The notes beneath the pieces were generated by a model. It was not told the origin of the DNA. It did no database searches and saw nothing but the letters and a program-made list of their open reading frames with translations. DNA of 64,000 nucleotides from Amphiscolops sp. MND2022 (lineage: Eukaryota), in contig OZ076415.1 in the NCBI GenBank assembly GCA_964187785.1, forward strand, positions 14,384,001 to 14,448,000, given 5' to 3'. Each line of letters begins with the position of its first letter. Position 1 is the first letter of the stretch. A program made the position numbers and the translations under genes. Below are positions 14,301-24,714 of the stretch, piece by piece.

Positions 14301-15057
14301 TCCCAGTCAGCGTTTTCCAGATCAAATTTAGTTTCTCTGTAATTGCTTCTCGTTGGTATGTCAAAATTTACAGGTACCGGCACATTTCCTCTATTAGGAT
14401 AGTCAGTGAACTGCTCGACTTCAGTGTCCGTGTAAAGGAGAAATTCCCGCTGGTTAGACTGTCCGCTACGATGAATGAATCAATGAAGGAGGCTCCGTTA
14501 GGTGCGTAAAAAGTATATTCGCCATCATCTAGAATGTTCATCTCATGGTTTTCGACGAATTGTTCCAGCATTTCGCCACTCTAAGTGCAACGTGTATGGC
14601 TCCACAAAAGACTTCTAGCATATAAATCTCCCACGGAGATAACTCCTGTCATGTTGTTTCTATGGGAAAAAGCTCTCGCATTTTCCAGTGAATAAACGAA
14701 GTCTTTAATAGAGTCTTCGGCGTTTGGAGGAATGTATGAAGTTGCTAGAATGAAAGATCTATGACCAAGGTATACTGCGCACCAGATTGAGTCAAATGTT
14801 TTTTCCTGGAGAGTCGGAGTTCCACAGCAGCTTACGTCTTTAGGTAAAGAAAGGGTAACCCCGCCGTGATGTGCTAGCTGATGATGGGAACACGTCTGAT
14901 AATTTTTCAAAAAGTCTTGCGAAAACCATTGTTTGGTTTTTTGTCTTTATTACTTTTTTTAAATAAAGTCGGGTTTCATGTCATCTATGTATTTTTCGAG
15001 TGCGATTCGTTTCGCGTTTGACAGTCCGGAGGAGTTTAGCTGCATGAATGAAAGAGT
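8385..15057. repeat. Direct tandem duplication, period 3338 bp (8385-11719 and 11723-15057)
   Basis: All ORF-track fragments recur at +3338. About 16 substitutions by eye (~0.5%) and no internal indels seen. GAGT microhomology at the junction. Confidence 0.97.
8730..11719 (-). pseudogene. LINE ORF2 pseudogene, copy A (APE endonuclease + RT + C-terminal Cys motif; lacks first codons)
   Basis: SYIPPN..GDLYARSLLW, ILDDGEYTF..SFIDSFIV (APE); KPSKPDYTDPSAYRSI, KYADDSQ, WRIQLNGTKT, IKILGLTVDDSFSFKRH (RT); SPLCPCKETEETAARFLFDC; stop at 8730. Confidence 0.9.
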
Positions 15058-15072
15058 CTCCATTTCAGCCAT
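12068..15072 (-). pseudogene. LINE ORF2 pseudogene, copy B (with start MAEMETLSFMQLNSSGL)
   Basis: Same domains and same disablements as copy A. The ATG at 15072 overlaps the end of ORF1. Confidence 0.9.
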
Positions 15073-16390
15073 TCCACGTTATTGAGTCAATCTTCATTTG
15101 TAGGAAACTTGGAATAGGTATATTACGTTGATTGCAATTTTTGGACGCATGGTTAAGATAAGTTTGACAGAATGGGTCGTTAGCACTGTGGTTCAACTGT
15201 CAATTCGCGCATTTAATTGCACTGCCTTCTTCGCATTCAACGGTTTTATGCTGGTTAGCGCCATTTGCCAGATTTAAGAGGGCTTTTGCAGGTTTTAGCT
15301 ACATGCCCAAAGGCTTGGCAGTTATAACACCGAATAATTGAGATCTTTTGTCCTTCGCTTTAATCTTATGCTCGAGAGTATTGATCAATCAGGAAGAGTC
15401 CTTCAGACAATGTTTTTTCCTGTTTTTTTTTGCTTGGAAAGTCAATTTTCACAGTGTTCAAAATGCTCTTATCTTTTTTCATGTACCTTCGGGCTTTCGC
15501 TCCACAAAATTTTTCTTTCAGAAGTTTAGTTAACATTACATCCGTGAACATTCTGCTTTGGGCACGTTTTTTATCAGTATCGAGTGATTCTTTTGACTCG
15601 TTCGAGGTTGTCTGCAAATTGTTTCAGATCCAAGAAATCTCGGTTGCCACTCCATTTCGTTTTCTTTTGACTCATCCCCTGATACGAATTTGAGGTGTAT
15701 GTGTCCTCTAGTTGTTCTGAAAGCGTACAGCATTTTTTTCTTGGGGAATTATTTGGAAATGCTTCGTTTAATGTCGGCGCAATTTTTGTAGGAGGGATCA
15801 GCATTCTAAATTGTAAATATCGAAGATTGGTCATGCGTTCTGGAGGTTTTGATTATAGTACCTAGTTTTGTACTCCAGGTTGCGGCTGCGGTTGCCTACG
15901 TAGAGGCCATTTTTTCCACCGCATCTTTGACCGAACTTATCTTTGGTACAACCCCGTGTGCTATTTTGTTGATCGACGCCATCATTGCAGTGAAATCGTC
16001 ATTTAGTTTCTTGATACTTTGTGTAGCAATAGTTGTGGCATTGGCGGTGGGGTCTAATTTGGTTGAGTTGCACTGTAGAAGTGTCCGATGATCTTGATGA
16101 ATATCCTTGAGTACGTCGAGTTTCTTGTCTGTTGTCTCTAATTTTCTGGGTTTGACGTATTTTTTCATACCTGGGAGACATTCGCTTCAAATCCAAAAGA
16201 TAGATTCAATTCCATCGATTGCTTTGATTGTTGTTTCTGCTATTTCGGTGCATTGTTGATGAAACCAGCGTTCTCATGCTGTACATTCGATCCCACTCGT
16301 TCCAGATACAACAGAGTTGATGCATGAACCGCAGGAATCAATGTGTTCCGTAGTTGAGATGGTACGGTCTTTTTTGTTTTTGGAGGGCAT
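15065..16390 (-). pseudogene. LINE ORF1 pseudogene: N-terminal PHD-like finger, coiled coil, three C-terminal zinc knuckles
   Basis: MPSKNKKD..CGSC..GIECTA*ERWFHQQC..FWI*SEC, then, frame-corrected, CYNCQAFGHVAKTC, CGKCANQHKTVEC-like and CANCQLNHSANDPFC-like knuckles. Confidence 0.8.
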
Positions 16391-18058
16391 TTTCCAACTC
16401 ACACAAGGGCTGCTCCAAGATAATTATATCTCAAAAGCTGCACCTGTGCACTTAGGAAAAAAGGATGGAACAGATTACCTCAGTTTTTATATTTCCAGAG
16501 CAAATTCAGGTAATCATCTCTGCTTTCGTTTGAATAGAAGTTTCGTTTTTGCGTCAATAATGATGATATCATGTTGCCTGTGATCTTCGTAAATGTTTGT
16601 GGTACCAAATCGGTGGCAGTAAACAATTGCAATGAAATTCTTCGTGTGCTGTTTCAGGATTTCCACAAGCTCTACTCTAGAGCATGCGGTATAATTGTTG
16701 CTTTTATATCTTGTATGCTGTTGTTGATGACGTCGTGCCAGCAGACAAGATTTTTTCTGTTTTTGAAATTACTTTATCTCAGTAAGTAAGCAAAGTTTTT
16801 GGGGTTTTCAGATCTGGGGTTGAAAGATCTGGGGTGTCTAAACACCGCAAAGGATCTTTTTTGGATAGAAAATTTCAAAGAGTAAGTGGCGTTTTTAAAG
16901 GCTCTATAGTGGGAACTTGCTCCTATCAGGTAAACCATAAGCATGTAGGGAAAAATGGGAAAAGGAACAAAGTAACAGTTTTGCAGGGCTTTGCAGCTGG
17001 GGCACATAAGGAATGAAACGGTTGTCCCGAGGAGTTGTTTTTTTTCAGTGTCCAGTGAAGATAAGTAGTCCCGTCGTCAAATCATCTAATCTGAGGTTGA
17101 CTCATTAAATAGGATAACCGATTTAATAAGTTTATTACAACAATGGTGTCGAATAAAGAAAACCGAATTAGCCAGATTCACCCTGTAGTCGCAAATCTTG
17201 TATGCATTGAAGGTTGTATGCATATTAGGACATAAGGGTACAGTACATCAGTACGTCGACTTCCTAACCAAGTGTCGTGTCCCATGGTTGCGAATATTTC
17301 CGTGTACAAGACCAGATATAGGGGCGTTACGACGCCTATTTTTAGCCTACATTGTGTGTACGAGCTAGTTGAGCTAGTTGAAAGAATCCGAAATTGAAAA
17401 AAATCCTTGAAGGTCTCTATATTATAGCTGGAGGCAAATACCCGTTTCAAGTGGTTGACTTCCGTGCCTGTGTGTTCGACAGAAAATGTAGTAAAGTTTT
17501 TAGTCGCCTCGACTGATAGAACCGATTTAGATTGTTGCGATTCACAAAATTTAGCACAAAATTTGAAAAACGTTGGAAACTGAACAAAAACTCCGAACTC
17601 CTGTGATACCGGTAATCATGACCAACAGTCTTCATAACAAAGCAGAAGGAATCTAGTAGGCCTCGTAAGAAGCGTACGAAGGAAATCCTACGATTCAAAA
17701 ACTACCGGCAGGAGTCATTTTTCACTCCACTGAGGCCGAAACGCCTCAAGGTAGAGGTCAGCTTGACCGTGTAGAGTGGCACTACAACGCCGGGTAAAGA
17801 AACCGCCATGGAGATGAGTGAAGGATGTGAAAATAGCTCTGAAGTGGGTAAAGGCGGTTTTTACAACAGCGGGTGATCAAAATTAATACTCTTTGAATAT
17901 GGCAGTTTCTTGATTCAAGTTCCAAGTACCTGTCAAACATCTCTGAAATTGTCCTCGAAACTGATGCTGATCTGAATGGCAGGAATGTATTGTTACAAAA
18001 AATGAAAATAATGGACTTTGAATACTGATTTCTCAGATTTTTTTTAGGCGGCGGCTAT

Positions 18059-18495
18059 TCACAAGTCCGAAAAAAAAATTGGGTTGCACAAGTCCGAAAA
18101 AAAACTTGGGTTGCACAAGTCCGAAAATAAATTTGGGTTGCACAAGTCCGAAAATAAATTTGGGTTGCACAAGTCCGAAAAAAAATACTTTCAGATTTGT
18201 TGTATGGCTCGGTCGCTTCGCTCCCTTCGCCAAGTAGCAACATTGAGGCATGGCCATATGGCACGTCGCTCCGCTTCGCTTCGCTCTTGCGTTTAGGGCA
18301 CTAGGAGTATGTGAACATAGCTGACTAGGGGAAATTGAAAAATTCATTTTTTAAAATCTTTGAACGGACTTCGTTCCGGTCCGCCCGCGTCAGCCAATCA
18401 GAATGCAGAGAATTATACATTATACTTTTCAACGACGCTGAGATTTCTCAAACCTTATTGGATAAAAATGTAATTTTATTCTTTCGGACTTGTGA
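18059..18495. mobile_element. Non-autonomous element with 14-bp inverted repeats, internal minisatellite and CGCTTCGCT hairpins
   Basis: TCACAAGTCCGAAA (18059-18072) and its inverse TTTCGGACTTGTGA (18482-18495). No TSD found; superfamily unknown. Confidence 0.5.
18060..18187. repeat. 27-bp minisatellite, about 5 copies (cacaagtccgaaaa..ttgggttg)
   Basis: Units start at 18060, 18087, 18114, 18141 and 18168. Confidence 0.95.
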
Positions 18496-18592
18496 CCCGA
18501 CACCTTTTAGGCACAGTCCATCTAATAGTTGCTTCCATTTTGGAGGGTGTCTCAAGTAATTTTGAGCATATAGGAGAAACACGGCTTTTGAT

Positions 18593-18808
18593 TGTGGAAT
18601 GCAGAGATCAAACTGCTAGATTACATAACCGTTACTTTAGACGGAGAGTTGTTTAGATCATTATTTGCAAACAAACTCTAATTGATTCTGTCTCGTTTAT
18701 GTTCTGATTACTTTACATATATCATTCTTTTGATATAGATTACTATAGAACGGTTGATAAAATACAAACTCCTCCTACAATGTTTTAACTGAAGTTGAGA
18801 TCTTAACA
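18593..18808 (+). repeat. Gypsy 5' LTR
   Basis: TGTGGAATG...TTAACA; near-identical to 24352-24567. Confidence 0.97.
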
Positions 18809-18827
18809 TGGCGCAGTAAGCAAGATT
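18809..18827 (+). promoter_or_regulatory. Gypsy primer-binding site, probably tRNA-Ser
   Basis: TGGCGCAGTAAGCAAGATT directly after the LTR; its complement resembles the tRNA-Ser 3' end (..AATCCTGC..CTGCGCCA). Confidence 0.75.
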
Positions 18828-18875
18828 TTATTCTTTTTACATTGCAAAATACTTTTTCTTAACCGTACCAACGAA

Positions 18876-21800
18876 ATGACCACAGCAACAAAGATACAAC
18901 TACCGTATCTAGAGGACACTGACCTCGAAAAAAAATTTATACACCAAGAGAATGGACCGAACGATTCCGGCACTATGTAAAGAGAATCCATAACATCGAC
19001 ATCAAAGAAATATTAACGGATGATACGGTACCCATGGACGAAGACTGGAACACAAAAGAACCAGAAATCAGACAAGATTTCATTTGGAGCGCCGGACCGT
19101 CGGCTATCGAAATTATCTCCAAAGGAGAGTTCAATACAGACCCCGACACGATCAAAACCGAAAAGTTAATACAACTGTTCCGGGAACACTACATGCCCAA
19201 AAAAACACCTACCACAGCCGTGGAATTTTCTTCTGGGCAAAACAAGAAGAAAATGAAACCCCCGAAGAACACTGGAAAAAACTGGTAACTATGGAAAAAA
19301 CTGCGATTTCAAGAACATAAAACAAGAAGATATTCTTATATCAAAATTTATCACAAGTATAACAGACAAAAAGCTCCGCGAGAAACTTATCCGTGAAAAA
19401 ACACTAGATCTAAAAACAACCATAGAACTCCTTACCCAAAACAGCTACGACCGCCGAAATAAACAATCCACCATACCACCCGCTTTGGCGAAGGACAAAA
19501 AAATAAAACAAGAACCTACACAAAGAATTCAAACAAAACAATTCCGTGACCAACCGAAGAAAAACAAGTGCGGATTTTGCGGACAGCAAAACTGGACACC
19601 ACAGCATAACTGCCCGGCAAAAACGACAAAATGCAACAATTGCCAGAAAATAGTGCACTACACACGAGTATGCCGTGGAAAACCGAACAACAAAACAAGA
19701 AAAATCAACTATCTGGAAGACATAACATCAGAAGAAGACGACAAAGAAAGTGAACCCGGAGAAATACACCAAGTTACACAAATAAACAAAATAATACCGG
19801 ACAACAACGACCACTACAGTGTAGAAATAAAAATAAACGGAAAAAAAACAAAAATTCATCATTGACACCGGCTCTCCGGTCACCATCATGCCAAACGATA
19901 CAACCCTATACAAACCAGAAGACATCCAACCGCTGAAGGAAAGATACCAAGATGTAAACAAGAACGAAATTAAATTCCTGGGAAAAGTATGTACTAATAT
20001 CGAATACAACAACATACAAACCAACATACCACTCCTGATCACAAAAAGAACCGACATAACACCATTATTAGGTGTAAATCGGCTAAAACAATTACCAATC
20101 ACTATCAACGGCATCTCACTGAACAAAGAAAACAACCAATCAGAAACAGCGATACACACAAAATTCAAGAAGCTATTTGAAACGAACCATACAATCAAGA
20201 ATACTGAAGTGAAGATACAAATTAAACCGGGATGTTACCCAATACAACAGAAAGCACGGCCAATACCCTACCACCTACAAGATGACGTAAAAAAACGAAC
20301 TAGACCGACTAATAAAATCCGGACACTTGGAAAGATTGGAAACAATCGAAGAAGACTGTTTCGTATCCCCCGTAGTAATTACGGTAAAAAAGACAAAACG
20401 GTCAAAATTGCACTCGACGCCCGCAAACTAAACGAAAGTTGTATTAAAAAGAGACCACACATGCCAAACATGGACGAACTAATCAATCAAATCTCCTCCG
20501 AATTATCAAAGAACGAATCAGACCCGATTTGGATATCAGTAATAGATTTAGATTACGCTTACGGACAAATGAGATTGACACCGGAAACAAGCAAACATTG
20601 TAACTTCGCAATTACGGGTGAGAAAATAAACGGATACTACCGATTCCTAAAGGGATTTTACGGACCAGCCGACATACCGACAATCTTTCAAGAGAAAATA
20701 GACCGAACACTCAGCCACCAAACACCCGTGTGGTTGGACGACATAATTATTGCAACACGCGGTACAAAAGAACAACACACACAAAAACTGGAATCAGTCT
20801 TAACGAAACTAGAAAATGAAGGATACAAAGCCAGCAAAAAGAAATCAAAATTTTACCAAAAAGGAACAATATGGTTGGGACAGACCATATCACAAGACGG
20901 AATCAGACCGAACAAAGAAAAAACGAACGCCATCAACGAATTGGAACCACCAACAAACACCAAAACACCCAAATCATTTCTCGGTGCGATACAATATTTC
21001 GCGAAATTTATACCAAACCTATCCGAAAAAACCGAAAATATGCGGCAATTATTGAAAAAAGGGACAAAATGGGAATGGACGGAAGAACGCAATACCGACT
21101 TCAAAAATTTAAAGAAAGAAGTAACGACACAGCCATGCCTAGCACATTACAACGGTAACAAAGACAACATCGTCACAACCGACGCTAGCAACACCGGTCT
21201 GGGAATAGCCCTATGGCAACGACAAAATAACGGCGAACTGAAACCGATCGCATTCGCTAGCAGATACCTAAACGACGCAGAAAAAAATACTCCGTGGGCG
21301 AATTAGTACTATTAGCCGTTGTATGGGGCCTTGAACGCTTCAGATTCCATTTATACGGAAAACAAGTTCAACTCTTCTCAGACCATCAAGCCCTAGAACC
21401 TTTATTAAAGAAAAACAAGATAAATAAACAATACAGCGCACGACTAACACCATGGCTAGATAGACTAAATCACTTCGATATAACACTAAAATACACCGCT
21501 GGAAAAGAAATCAAATTTACCGATTTCATCAGCCGAAATCCGACAGAAAACACCAACCCGGAAAAAAAATACGAAGAAGAATTTGTCATCAACGCCATCG
21601 CGCAACTTGCAACGGTAAATGAACGCATTGGACGGGTTTTTAACCAATCAGAGAACAGCAACACCACAAAGACGGACAACATGCATGATACGCGCAAGCG
21701 GACTGGTACGAGCCACTGCAAAACAAACAACGGCCATTCAAACTCAACTTTCACCGCATACAAGACAATTACGGACAAAAACGAACAATTGACAGATCTA

Positions 21801-24415
21801 ATACTATTCGCCAATTCAGAAAAGAAAACAATGGCAGACAACAACAATAACCGTCAGAATACGGATACATTTAACCGCGATAGCCAACTAAAATACCATT
21901 GGGGCGCAGACGACGAGATTAAGGGGATTATCAATAGACGGGATAATTCACCAGAAACCAAAGTACTCGTCGAAAGAAGAATCGAGTTAACAAGACCCGG
22001 CCACATGCGTCACCAATGGCACAAAAAACTGGACAGAGAAATTCTCCTCCACAGAAGACCGAACGACAGCGACCGAAAAGAAATAAAAAGAATCGATATC
22101 CGCCTACGGAGGAAAGAAGAATGCCGCGACACACACTTGGGAGCCGGATACTTCAAAGATTTCGGTGACGAAATCCCACCAGCAGCAGGATCAACTACCG
22201 AAACCAATCCGGACACGATCGGCATACAAAAAACCACATACGATACCGAATCAACGGTCTCTTCATCACCAGAAGAACCCACCACCACGAAAGAACCAGG
22301 TTCATATCCAGCCATCCCCGTACAAGACTATCGAGACGGACCGATAGAAGAAATAGCCGTCAGATATGTACGAATAAACCGCGTCATTGAAGAACGAGCC
22401 CCGAGAAACCGGCAACAGGAAGACAATATTCGAGCAGCCGAACTAGATTTCATGCTCGACTTGGAAACCCTCACAAAAGAAACATTAGCGGACCCAGACC
22501 TGATAGAACTGCAATGCTGCCTGGAAGATAAAAACATGCTAGCAATCCCCGAAGATTACAAACACGTAGCCAAGAGGCTAACACACCGCTGGGGAATAAC
22601 AATGGTCGATGACCGCATCATTATCCCAAAAAGCCTACGCTACGCTGCACTAATCGCCCTACACTTCGGCCACCCAGGAGTTAACAAGATTTGCAACGAC
22701 GCAGTAATCTTCTGGTGGCCAAATATGCGAGCCGATATCGAAAAGAAAGCAAAAACGTGCTCCGCTTGCCTAAATGCCGGTAAGAATTTAAAAACCCATT
22801 TACCCAATACCGAAAAATCAAAAATTGAACCGCCAAAAAACCCAGGGCAGGAAATTCAAATTGATGTTACGGGCAACCTAAATAGTAAACACCTAAACTC
22901 AACGCCATTTATCTTAGTGGCCATTGATGAAAACAACCAATGGCCGGTAGCGAAAATCTGCAAGAACACTAACCACGATACGGTTATAACATTCCTACGG
23001 GAATATATAAACGTATACGGCGTACCGGAAAAAATCAAATCAGATAGAGGCAGTGCTTTTATCTCGAAGGAAAACAAGAAATTTTGCAACGAACAAAATA
23101 TAATCCGCAAATACGGTACACCAAATCTACATACTGGAACGGGATTGGTCGAAGAACTATCCAATCACTGAAGAACTTAAAAAAAGCGAATTTAGAAGAT
23201 ACACAAAATCTACGCGAAAGCCTAAATAAAGCACCTAACGTATTACGCTCTACTACACATACTGAAATGAAGAAAACCCCATTAAAACAACATTTTGGAC
23301 GAAAACCAAGAACTAAACTATCTAACCTCAAAAAGCTATTTCAGTTCACTCCAAAGAACTGTCGGTATATATTACCTGAAACTCCACCGGTGAGATCACG
23401 GACCACCTAGTGATGTCAAAGAAAAAGAACAATGACCCGAAATACCGGAGGGGAATGGACGTTCACCCAGAACAAGAAACCGTCAAATACGGTAAGTAAC
23501 GGAAAAAACCACAATTATCCTTTTACTTTCTACGAAAAAGCACATACAAAAAGTTCTCTCGGTAGCAAATTCGAAAACAAACCACAAATTGCAAGCTCTG
23601 GGACAAAGCACACGATTACTACCGACAAAAACAAACTATACACAGAAAACTAATATCTAACCCGATACCATTTCAGAATACCGCGACACCAACGAAGAGG
23701 ATAAATACGAGACAATCGGCCGAACAACCCTCTTGCTCAAAAACAAACGAAGACGGAACTACAACATGCAACTACCGTAGAAAAGAACCACCACGACCAG
23801 AAAACACTGAAAACAGCTCTGATTGGCTAAAGAGAAAAGAACAGCCAAGAAACCAAAAAAGGACAATTCACCAGCCCAGAGAAATCAACGGGAAAACCCA
23901 TGAATTTGGACCTGAGTATAGTATCGGACGATGAATTCCAATGCTACAACACAAGCGAAGGAAAACTCGTACATACTAACCTGGACGATGAATTACAACT
24001 CCTACTAAAAGAAACGAACCTAACCCCAGAGACAGGTATTAAAACTAAAGATACCACAAATGTACAAAACCAATCCGTGAGAAAATCAAAAAGAATACCT
24101 CACGCCAAACAAACCGCAAAATTAGGCGGTATACCTTATCAAACTAATAATAACAAAAAGAAAACATATAAACATTGTGTTTTACAGGAAAACCCGACAA
24201 CTCCTCCGGACCAAACGCAGACAAACAGTGAAGAAGAAAGAGACGACCGTAAAATACGGACGATCACAAAGAGCCTACAAGACAAACGTAGTATACGGAC
24301 CCTTAACCCCAAACAACCATACAAATCCGAATTCATCCGGAGGGGAAGAAATGTGGAATGCAGAGATCAAACTGCTAGATTACATAACCGTTACTTTAGA
24401 CAGGGAGTTGTTTAG
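18876..24415 (+). pseudogene. Gypsy gag-pol, frameshifted at several A-runs
   Basis: Zinc knuckles CGFCGQQNWTPQHNC and CNNCQKIVHYTRVC; protease IDTGSPVT; RT SVIDLDYAYGQ and WLDDII; RNase H TTDASNTGLG; integrase LHFGHPG..CSAC, IQIDVTG, KSDRGSAF. Confidence 0.93.
24339..24351 (+). promoter_or_regulatory. Gypsy polypurine tract
   Basis: GGAGGGGAAGAAA abutting the 3' LTR. Confidence 0.9.
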
Positions 24416-24567
24416 ATCATTATTTGCAAACAAACTCTAATTGATTCTGTCTCGTTTATGTTCTGATTACTTTACATATATCATTCTTTTGATATAGATT
24501 ACTATAGAACGGTTGATAAAATACAAACTCCTCCTACAATGTTTTAACTGAAGTTGAGATCTTAACA
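24352..24567 (+). repeat. Gypsy 3' LTR
   Basis: Matches the 5' LTR except GACAGGGAG versus GACGGAGAG. Confidence 0.97.
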
Positions 24568-24714
24568 TTGATAAAGTCCAGTTGTCAAGTGGCAATTGAA
24601 AAAATTTCACATTCTTACGCAGATACGTACACTGATCAGATTCAGATTCATTAAATACCCATACTGATATAAGCATTGTTAGATTCTGGAATCAGAAAAC
24701 AATGGTACCTGTTT

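Larger units (their letters stand above)
8388..17046 (-). mobile_element. Decayed non-LTR retrotransposon (I/Jockey-type LINE): 5'UTR-ORF1-ORF2-3'UTR plus a duplicated ORF2-3'UTR
   Basis: ORF1 has PHD-like and CCHC knuckle motifs. ORF2 has APE, RT (KYADD) and a C-terminal Cys motif. The outer limits are tentative, taken from a 9/10 candidate TSD: AGTGCCCAGT (8378-8387) and AGTGTCCAGT (17047-17056). Confidence 0.85.
18593..24567 (+). mobile_element. Full-length Gypsy/Ty3 LTR retrotransposon
   Basis: 216-bp TG..CA LTRs differing at 2 sites, 5-bp TSD TTGAT (18588-18592 and 24568-24572), PBS, PPT, and gag-PR-RT-RH-IN order. Confidence 0.98.

Noticed and set aside
8385-15057. Long terminal repeats or two independent LINE insertions
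   Set aside because: The units are adjacent coding sequence sharing identical disabling mutations, which independent retrotransposition of a functional element would not produce.
18060-18187. CRISPR array or repeat-protein ORFs (18033-18347, 18055-18264, 18084-18296)
   Set aside because: It is a plain 27-bp tandem repeat without spacers; the ORFs arise because the unit length is a multiple of three.
19410-23331. Minus-strand ORFs inside the Gypsy element
   Set aside because: They are a by-product of the extreme A-rich, T-poor sense strand, which makes antisense stops rare.
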